DNA from: Pyrobaculum aerophilum str. IM2
GTDB taxonomy: Archaea > Thermoproteota > Thermoprotei > Thermoproteales > Thermoproteaceae
Length of the DNA: 32,000 nt
Direction of reading: 5' to 3'
Assembly: GCF_000007225.1 (NCBI RefSeq)
Contig: NC_003364.1
Coordinates: forward strand, 1,470,001 to 1,502,000
The translations under genes were made by a program, and so were the position numbers. Positions 24,605 through 30,896 of this stretch are shown in pieces; the first letter of the stretch is position 1; the number at the start of each line of letters is the position of its first letter. The notes below the pieces were generated by a model, which saw nothing but the letters and a program-made list of their open reading frames with translations, had not been told where the DNA came from and did not search any database.

Positions 24605-25516
24605 ATGCAGAAAATAATACTCCTCGCAGTACTGGCCGCGGCGCTGGTGCTGGCGCAAAACGCAACTGCGGCTGCTGGAAATGTCACTCTCAATAAATTC
24701 CACTTATGGCTAAAATGTAAAGCAGTAGAACTGTACATTAACACCACAGGGGCAAATTTCACTCTGCCCCAGTGTGAAGAAATCCTGCAGAATTACACCT
24801 TCCACAACCTTACCTTTATAATAGGGAGGGCGGGCGTGAGGCCGCTCCCCATGATCGGAGTGGGGGAGCTAAGAAAGCTAAACGTGTCAGATCCCAAGGC
24901 TGTGTTTGAACAATTAAAAGAAATAAGAAGGCAAGCCCTTGCAAATCTGACGAGACACGTGGCCAAGGCCGTGAACAAAACATATGAAGAGCTAAATGAG
25001 ACGGAAAACTTAACAAACTTAGCGAAGCAAGTAGAGAGAGGGCTGAAAGCCCTCCAGAGGGTAAAACACATTCTCGCCAGAGTCAACGCCTCTAAGACAG
25101 CGATAGAGGCTGTGGAATTTGCAGCGGCGCCCCTAAACGAGACTAAACAGCTACTTGAGTTGTTGAAAAACGCCACAGACGAGGAGGGGCTAGCAAAAGC
25201 CGAGGCGATAATCGCGAGACTTGAAAATAGATTACAGTTGCTTGAAAAAATGCCCTTACCGGCCAGAGAAGCCATTGCAAAACACGTTGACAGAATTAAA
25301 CAAATCGCTGCAAAGCAAATAGAGAAGATAATGGAGAAGATAGCAGAAGTAAAGAAAATAGCAGGCGAAGCCAGAAATACCGCCGAAAAGGCAAAAGAAA
25401 AGGCGGAAAACGCCTCTGAAAAAGGCAAAGAAATGGCAAAGGAGGCCGCTGAAAAGGGCAGAGAGACTGCGGAAAAAGCTAAAGAAAACGCCGGGAAAGG
25501 CAGAGGAGGTGGATAA
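24605..25516 (+). CDS. Secreted, probably heavily N-glycosylated coiled-coil protein with Lys/Glu 11-mer tail
   Basis: 303-aa ORF with a signal-peptide-like N-terminus, MQKIILLAVLAAALVLAQN. I counted 15 N-x-S/T sequons by hand. The protein is largely helical with heptad-like sequence and has no C-terminal hydrophobic anchor. Confidence 0.7.
   Translation: MQKIILLAVLAAALVLAQNATAAAGNVTLNKFHLWLKCKAVELYINTTGANFTLPQCEEILQNYTFHNLTFIIGRAGVRPLPMIGVGELRKLNVSDPKAVFEQLKEIRRQALANLTRHVAKAVNKTYEELNETENLTNLAKQVERGLKALQRVKHILARVNASKTAIEAVEFAAAPLNETKQLLELLKNATDEEGLAKAEAIIARLENRLQLLEKMPLPAREAIAKHVDRIKQIAAKQIEKIMEKIAEVKKIAGEARNTAEKAKEKAENASEKGKEMAKEAAEKGRETAEKAKENAGKGRGGG
25382..25513 (+). repeat. Four 11-residue Lys/Glu/Ala repeats (coding)
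   Basis: The repeats are AEKAKEKAENA / SEKGKEMAKEA / AEKGRETAEKA / KENAGKGRGGG. The underlying DNA repeats GAAAAGGC/AAAGAAA units. Confidence 0.6.
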
Positions 25517-25526
25517 CAAACCCCAA

Positions 25527-25532
25527 TTTTTT
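25527..25532 (+). terminator. Oligo-T tract, candidate archaeal terminator
   Basis: TTTTTT lies 11 nt after the stop codon of the gene at 24605-25516. Confidence 0.3.
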
Positions 25533-25558
25533 CTTTAAATATTTTCCCTTTTAAAGGC

Positions 25559-26185
25559 GTGGTACTTGTAAAAATCTGCGGCGTTGTGAGGGTAGAAGAC
25601 GCTGTGTTATTAGACGGCGTTGCGGATTACATCGGCTTTATAGTAGAGCCTACAAGCCCTAGATCAGTTAAGCCTGAGGCGCTGAGGTCTTTGAGAGACG
25701 CCGTAATAAAGAGCCGACCTGTCTTAGTCACTGCGACAATTCCGCCTAAAGAGGCTGTAGACATAGCGGCAAAGAATGAAATACCCGTGGTACAATACCA
25801 CTCAACTCTAGCTCCCAAAGACTTTGACTACGCCGAGACACGCGGGGTGACCCTCGCACCAGTGGCTGTTTATAAACCGGGGATAGAGTTAAAGCAGTTG
25901 GTAGAGGAGTTATTAAAAACACCACATGAGTACGTGTTAGTTGACGCTGATAAGAAAAGCCAGGAGAGATATGAAGGCGGTTTGAAAATCCCCCTTACCC
26001 TCTTGGCAGAGGTGGCCCCCCTAGGGCGGGTGGCGCTGGCCGGCGGCATTACCCCAGAAAACGCCCAGTTAATCGCCAGACTAAACCCCTATATGATCGA
26101 CGTGGCCAGCGGCGTCGAGGCGAGCCCAGGGGTAAAAGACATGAATAAAGTCAAAGCGTTGTTAAAAGCCGTGGGGAGGCTCTAA
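25559..26185 (+). CDS. trpF: Phosphoribosylanthranilate isomerase
   Basis: 208-aa ORF with a GTG start. Motifs present are [25 protein letters not shown] and [15 protein letters not shown]. No other trp genes lie in the window. Confidence 0.88.
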   Translation: MVLVKICGVVRVEDAVLLDGVADYIGFIVEPTSPRSVKPEALRSLRDAVIKSRPVLVTATIPPKEAVDIAAKNEIPVVQYHSTLAPKDFDYAETRGVTLAPVAVYKPGIELKQLVEELLKTPHEYVLVDADKKSQERYEGGLKIPLTLLAEVAPLGRVALAGGITPENAQLIARLNPYMIDVASGVEASPGVKDMNKVKALLKAVGRL

Positions 26186-26199
26186 CGCCTACATGTAGT

Positions 26200-27274
26200 G
26201 TTTCAGCGGGGCGCGTCTAATAGGCGCTTCAATACGCCTTCAATCTTTGGCCATTTGTTCCGGCAAAGGACGTTATGCGTACATTTTGTAGTTACACGGC
26301 GGCATTAAGCCATCTGCCACTGTAAACTCTATTGCCGAATTGGCCTCATTGTCTCTACTCTTAGCCCTGCACGCCAGGTTTTTTTAGACATGTCTAATAT
26401 GCTCAACATTGTCTCCCTGGGAACTGTGCCATTGAACAGAGCCAGGTTCAAAATCGGAGAGCTGAAACCCGTACTCAGTTCAACACTCGGGAGTTGAAAG
26501 GCGTGATGTTGAACGAAGTCCTGCTCAACACCTGGGAGCGGGGCGCCAGGGGGCACCGCCCGACCGGTGTCAGATACTGGGAAGGGAGAAATCAAAATTG
26601 GGGGACATGCAGGGGAGAGTCATGAAGGTATTGCCACCCCCACCCCGCCCCGGGCAGGGCGGGGCGGTCCTGGCGCGCGGGCCGAAGGCGGGTGGGCCCC
26701 TTCGGGGCGGAGCCCGCCGAGGGGGAAGCCAGCCCCCCGGGCGGCCCCTCCGCGGGAGGAGTGAACGCAGAGCCCTGTCCCCGGGGAGCCCGGGAGGAAT
26801 AGGGGATGTTTTTAACAGCCCTACAGTCAAGGAGCCAGTCGCTATCACCACGGCTCTGTCCAGCACGCCAGTGTTGACGTAGTACCTCAACACCCTCCAC
26901 CACCCCCTCACCGACGTCACTTCGTCTAGCAGTATGAAAAGCCTCTTCACCCCCCGCCTAGCCGCCCTCCCCACCACGTACTCAAAGGCGCGTCTCAGCT
27001 CCGCGGGGGAGAGGATAATGTCTAAGTCTAAATACGCCACTGAGTCTGGCTCTATCCTCTTCAACAGCTCTCTCACTAACAGCTTAAGCCCAGTGGTCTT
27101 GCCGGTCTGCCGGGGGCCGTAGACAAAATTTAAGGCGGGCGGTTCGAGGCCCAGCTCCCATATCCACCCGGGCACCCACTTCACCCTTTCCCTCTGCCAC
27201 TGCCTCAAGTGCTTGTCCTCCTCTTCTCAGCGGGGCGAGAACCACCAAGGATTGGAGCGGTCCACTACGTCCAT
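26200..27274 (-). pseudogene. Decayed AAA ATPase (AAA_14 + DUF4143-type archaeal ATPase)
   Basis: Walker A GPRQTGKT and Walker B ILLDEV lie in the ORF at 26570-27208. The family-typical N-terminus MDVVDRSNPWWFSPR starts in frame at ATG 27274 but is cut by an in-frame TGA at 27229..27227. A 124-bp GC-rich insert lies after ATGSLTVGLLKTS. The DUF4143-like part (ILNLALFNGTVPRETMLSILDMSKKTWRAGLRVE) sits in a different frame (26329-26595) and ends early. Confidence 0.7.
26655..26778. mobile_element. 124-bp GC-rich insert with inverted termini (MITE-like element or structured RNA)
   Basis: The termini are CAGGGC (26655-26660) and GCCCTG (26772-26777). It is flanked by direct CCCCGGG copies at 26648-26654 and 26779-26785. 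I counted 23 A/T in 124 nt (~81% G+C). Internal hairpins are listed in the findings. Confidence 0.4.
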
Positions 27275-27325
27275 TGTCAGATAAGTGACAATTATTTAAA
27301 AAATTCTTGTCAGTAAACTGACAAG
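27274..27325 (-). promoter_or_regulatory. TATA-like box bracketed by two related palindromes
   Basis: TTGTCA-GATAAG-TGACAA is at 27274-27291, overlapping the ATG at 27274. The minus-strand TTTTTAAATA box lies at about 27293-27302. CTTGTCAG-TAAA-CTGACAAG is at 27306-27325. Confidence 0.45.
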
Positions 27326-27353
27326 ACAAAGGGGATCTAACGGCGGACAGGCG

Positions 27354-27530
27354 TTATATGTAGAGATCCCACTCCAGAATGTAGTCCCGGGCGTTTGCAA
27401 TAAACCTTGCGTGTCTTTTGGCCGCCGTGAGGCTCGTGTGAACTGCGACAAGCCTCCACTGCGGGTCTCTCAGCCGCTGGCTTGTGAGCAGTACTCTGCC
27501 CTTTCTCTTATTTACGTATACATAAAACAC
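27354..27530 (-). CDS. Possible small protein (58 aa, below the ORF-track cutoff)
   Basis: The hand-translated GTG-start ORF reads VFYVYVNKRKGRVLLTSQRLRDPQWRLVAVHTSLTAAKRHARFIANARDYILEWDLYI. A minus-strand GAAAATATAAC box lies about 29 nt upstream. No family was recognised. Confidence 0.25.
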   Translation of the reverse strand: MFYVYVNKRKGRVLLTSQRLRDPQWRLVAVHTSLTAAKRHARFIANARDYILEWDLYI

Positions 27531-27586
27531 AAGTAAAGAGAGTCAGCGGGTTATATTTTCAACAGGTAAAATACCCAGTGCCGGGC

Positions 27587-27907
27587 TTACTCGCGGGGAG
27601 TAGCGCCTATGGCGAATAGAATCTGTCGGAGGGCCTCGCCGCGGGGCGGCTGTTGAGTATTAACAAAGTGGTTTAATGCCAGGGTTATAAACGCCTCCCA
27701 CTGCTCGTCGTCTATCTCAGCGGTAATGCCGTCTACCTCTATAACGCCATCACGCCGCCTTGCTTCAAAGCCGTTTATCCGTAAGTAGTCGCTTTCCACT
27801 ACCAGTTCTACGCCATGTTTCTTCGCCGTGGCGGAAGCGTGGCTGTAGATTAAGGAGGTGGCGTCTTCGCCGAATCGGTGTTTGTCCCTCGGATCTATGA
27901 CTGACAT
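27587..27907 (-). CDS. Hypothetical protein (106 aa), divergent partner of the HEPN-MNT gene
   Basis: ATG-start ORF 24 nt from the shared AT-rich box at 27926-27936. No motif was recognised. Confidence 0.5.
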   Translation of the reverse strand: MSVIDPRDKHRFGEDATSLIYSHASATAKKHGVELVVESDYLRINGFEARRRDGVIEVDGITAEIDDEQWEAFITLALNHFVNTQQPPRGEALRQILFAIGATPRE

Positions 27908-27925
27908 AGAGGGCTAATAATTTCC

Positions 27926-27936
27926 ATATTTATATT
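27926..27936. promoter_or_regulatory. Single shared TATA-like element in a 37-bp divergent spacer
   Basis: ATATTTATATT is the only AT-rich element between ATG 27907 (minus strand) and the plus-strand gene. It lies 24 nt from ATG 27907 and 26 nt from the in-frame GTG at 27957. Confidence 0.4.
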
Positions 27937-27944
27937 GCCCATGT

Positions 27945-28709
27945 GTGTATTCGCATGTGAAAGTTTTGGAGAGATTGCGCCGGCAGTTGGAGCTTATAAA
28001 GGGTTATGCGGTCGAGTTGGAATCTGAGCGTAGTTACCGCGGGATTGAGAGGCTGGAGCAACTCATAATTCAAGCCTTGTTAGATCTCGGCGTGATGGCC
28101 TTATCTGCGCTAGGCGCAACGCCCCCTCGCGTTTATGCCCAGATTGGCGAGGCGTTGCACCGCCATGGCGTTTTGCCGCTGGAGGAGGCATCAATTTTGA
28201 GGGCGTTGGCAGGCCTGAGGAATATTCTAGTGCACGGCTACGCGGCGGTGGAGCCTGAAAAGATACTGGAGTACTCCAGGAAAATTGGGCGCGACGCGTT
28301 TAGAATTGCCGAAATGATCGTGGCGGCGGTAGAGGCAAGGGGGGCAGATCCGCCTGGCCCTGTGGAAAAAATAAGAAGTGTGCTTCAGGGGAGGGTCAGG
28401 CTTGCCTACCTCTTTGGGGGCAGGGCGAAGGGCTACGTCCTCAAGGGGGATTACGACGTGGCGGTGTATCTGGACGGCGGCTGTGATCTCTACGCGTTGG
28501 GCCTCATACAGGCGGATCTCTCAGAGGCTTTGGGGGACGAGCGGGTTGACGTGGTTTGTCTAAACTCGGCGCCGCCTGAATTAGTATTTGAGGCCCTCTC
28601 CGGCATCCCTATTATCGACGACGTGGCTCTAAGGGCTGAGCTCTACGCTAAGGCCCTCGCCGAGTTAAACGATGTTAATATAACAGTCAAACGCGCCTAC
28701 ACGCCATAG
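27945..28709 (+). CDS. Single-chain HEPN (DUF86/HepT-like) - minimal nucleotidyltransferase (MNT/MntA-like) fusion
   Basis: 254-aa ORF. The N-terminal domain has the DUF86 R-x4-H motif (GLRNILVHGY). The C-terminal domain has the MNT signature LFGGRAKGYVLKGDYDVAVYL (hG[GS]...D-x-D) and the VDVVCLNSAPPEL tail. The start is either GTG 27945 or in-frame GTG 27957. Confidence 0.8.
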   Translation: MYSHVKVLERLRRQLELIKGYAVELESERSYRGIERLEQLIIQALLDLGVMALSALGATPPRVYAQIGEALHRHGVLPLEEASILRALAGLRNILVHGYAAVEPEKILEYSRKIGRDAFRIAEMIVAAVEARGADPPGPVEKIRSVLQGRVRLAYLFGGRAKGYVLKGDYDVAVYLDGGCDLYALGLIQADLSEALGDERVDVVCLNSAPPELVFEALSGIPIIDDVALRAELYAKALAELNDVNITVKRAYTP

Positions 28710-29509
28710 CGCTTTCTCCTCCTGGCCGATCTCCACTCCTCTTCTGCGTCTGTGCACTTGGCGCCTATCCTGGCGCATATCTCCTCCACCGTCTTTTTAA
28801 CGCGCGCCCACCACTCCTCCCCGGCCCTTACCTGTCTGTACTGCGCCGCGAGGCGGGCGTCTGCCAGCGGCTTCGGCCTGTACCTGTCGTATATAAGCTC
28901 CGCGCCTGTGGAGTGGGCCAGCTCCACTACCTCCTCTATGTCCCCGGGGCTGTCGTTAAACCCCGGTATTATGGGGCCGAGGAATATCCACACCCTAACC
29001 CCTGCCTCAGCAAGTTTTTCAACTGTCCTCGCCCTGGCCAGGGGGTGGGAGGCGAGGGGCTCTAATATCCTCGCCTTGTCTCTCAGCGTAGTAATAGTCA
29101 CGCCCACGTCCACTCTATCCCTATATTTTACAAAGAGATCTAGGTCGCGCACGGCCATCCCAGATTTTGTCTGAACGGAGACGTGGAAGCCTGCCTCTGC
29201 CAAAATCTCAATGGCGCCTCTGGACAGTCTGTACTTCGCCTCGGGGGGCTGGTAGGGATCTGTGATAGTGGAAAGCCCCACGACCCCCGGCCTATACTTA
29301 GCCGCCTCCCTCTTCAACACCTCTAGGAGGTTTGTCTTTACGTACACCACTTCCCCCCACATTTTCCCCGGCAATCCCCTGGTCATGTCAATGGCATAGC
29401 AGTAGTGACAGCCGTGGAGACAGCCCACGTAGGGGTTGAGGGCGTAGTCATACTCTGGGAGGCCGGAGGGCGCTAAGGCCCTTTTCACGCGAATTTCGTA
29501 GATCTTCAC
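28697..29509 (-). CDS. Radical SAM protein, SplB / 'DNA repair photolyase' (COG1533)-like
   Basis: 270-aa ORF with a GTG start. NPYVGCLHGCHYCYA contains the C-x3-C-x2-C radical SAM cluster motif in the COG1533-typical context. Its 3' end overlaps the HEPN-MNT 3' end by 13 nt. Confidence 0.85.
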   Translation of the reverse strand: MKIYEIRVKRALAPSGLPEYDYALNPYVGCLHGCHYCYAIDMTRGLPGKMWGEVVYVKTNLLEVLKREAAKYRPGVVGLSTITDPYQPPEAKYRLSRGAIEILAEAGFHVSVQTKSGMAVRDLDLFVKYRDRVDVGVTITTLRDKARILEPLASHPLARARTVEKLAEAGVRVWIFLGPIIPGFNDSPGDIEEVVELAHSTGAELIYDRYRPKPLADARLAAQYRQVRAGEEWWARVKKTVEEICARIGAKCTDAEEEWRSARRRKRYGV

Positions 29510-29564
29510 GCCAAATTCTTGTCTCTAATATATCAAATTTTTAAATAGGCTCTCTGTCAAATAG

Positions 29565-30260
29565 GCGGGTTTAAAGGAGGAGGTTCTGAGGTTTTTGCGC
29601 GAGGACGAGGAGTTCCGTCTAGCCGTTGCCGGCCTCCTCGGTCTTGAGGAAATTTTGCGCGAGTTGAAAAACTGAGGTAGGATTTCAACAGCTTCGTGAA
29701 GATTGAAAGCGAGCGCTGGGAGGCCGATGAGAAGAGGTGGGAGGCGAATAACAGGCGACGGGAAGAAAACGAGAGGATGTGGAGAGAGCGGTTTGAGAAT
29801 TGGAAGACGTTTTTGGAGGAAAATGAGAAAAGGTGGGGAGAGCGACAAACGCTGGGCGGAGTGGTACGAGACGTGGAGGAAATTTCTCGGGGACTACTTC
29901 GCCTTTAAGAACGATGTAAACAAGAGGTTTTCTAGGCTTGAGGAGAATCTGGGCGCGTTGGCAGAGGCTGTATATATGCGGTATGTGTGGGGGACCTCTC
30001 AGCTGAGCTGAGGGCTTCTGGCGAGGCAGTCCTTAGGCGCGTTAGAAACGCGGATTTAGACGGGTGGAGGTAGATCTCCTAGAAGAGTTTTCGTTGCAGA
30101 GGTTAAGGTAAGGCCTAGGACGACGTGTGAGCTCTTCTGGCAAAGGCAGAGGTGGTGGGGAGGAAGTTAGACAAGCCGTCAGTCCCAGTTCTCGCGGGCC
30201 ACGTACGTGGGGAGGGAAGTGTGGGTGTACGGCAAGCAAGGGCGTGTTGGTGCTTATATA
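29565..30260 (+). pseudogene. Decayed paralog of the coiled-coil/PD-(D/E)xK gene at 22090-22620
   Basis: A homologous promoter (AAATTTTTAAATAGG) is retained. The start codon position reads GCG instead of GTG. GLKEEVLRFLREDEEFRLAVAGLLGLEEILRELK then hits a TGA. The pieces ...KRFSRLEENLGALAEAVYMRYVW..., RVRNADLDG and VEVDLL lie in three different frames. The ETEGRIYVVE core is partly deleted. The 3' part aligns by eye with 22400-22620 as recognisably similar DNA. Confidence 0.75.
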
Positions 30261-30279
30261 AGCTTCCCTCGGCGCTGGG

Positions 30280-30789
30280 TTAGTTGCTGAGCTTAGCGTT
30301 TTTTAGAACTACATTGACCTCCAGCTCCGCCCAGCCGTTGCCTTCGGTTGTGCAACTACCGCTGAGGTAGAAGTCGTAGTTGCCGGGGGCGATTTCCAAG
30401 GGGGCATCATACCCAGGGATAATAACCATAATTCTGTAACACGGCCCTGTGGCTACTGCGCAGGGCATGTGGATAACATACTCTTGCCCTCCTACGAGCC
30501 TCGCCTTTAGCCCTCCGGCCACTGTGACATTTCCCCCCGCGCCTTTAGTCGCCGTTTGGACTGAGAACTTTATCTCGACGGGTTTCTCGGCTCTTATGGC
30601 GCCTACGCGTACCTCCTTTCCGGAGCATATCTCGGCTAGGTCTAGCTGGAGCTCTGCCGGCTCCATTTCCACGCCGTCTGTAGATATTTTGACAACGCCT
30701 CTTATGCCTGATCCCACTACCCCAACGCTGGCTATAATTATAAGCATTACAACAGCGGCGAGGATCGCTGCTGTGAATAAAGATTTCAT
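30280..30789 (-). CDS. Exported or membrane-anchored Cys-containing hypothetical protein
   Basis: The first ATG is at 30789 (MKSLFTAAILAAVVMLIIIASVGVV), 23 nt from a minus-strand TATTTATAG box; the ORF opens at 30807 (TTG). The body looks beta-rich and has four Cys and one N-x-T sequon. Confidence 0.6.
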   Translation of the reverse strand: MKSLFTAAILAAVVMLIIIASVGVVGSGIRGVVKISTDGVEMEPAELQLDLAEICSGKEVRVGAIRAEKPVEIKFSVQTATKGAGGNVTVAGGLKARLVGGQEYVIHMPCAVATGPCYRIMVIIPGYDAPLEIAPGNYDFYLSGSCTTEGNGWAELEVNVVLKNAKLSN

Positions 30790-30896
30790 AATTGCTACAC
30801 TTAACAACTATAAATACTTGCCCCTCTAGGCTACTGATTACTGTGTATTTTCTGCCCAGTAGGTATAGTTTTTAAAGAAGCATTCCGCAACGTTAT

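Noticed and set aside
24565-25519. Minus-strand ORFs opposite the glycoprotein gene (24565-24762, 24793-25428, 24816-25016, 25256-25519).
   Set aside because: They are mirror images of a repetitive Lys/Glu/Ala-coding sequence. The plus-strand frame has a signal peptide, a promoter box at -27 and a downstream oligo-T.
26636-26800. The GC-rich block considered as an SRP RNA, RNase P RNA, tRNA or snoRNA-like gene.
   Set aside because: I could not find the conserved motifs by eye (SRP helix 8 GGAAGCAGCC-type, RNase P CR-I/CR-V, tRNA T-loop, C/D or ACA boxes), and it is too short for SRP RNA. It is kept as an unclassified element in the findings.
26567-26903. Pro/Arg/Gly-rich ORFs on both strands (26567-26764, 26598-26882, 26592-26903).
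   Set aside because: These are artefacts of the ~81% G+C insert, where stop codons are rare in every frame.
29525-30239. ORFs 29525-29848 (minus strand), 29696-29908 and 29703-30011 (plus strand), and 30042-30239 (minus strand).
   Set aside because: The plus-strand ones are frame fragments of the decayed paralog, and the minus-strand ones are its antisense shadows.
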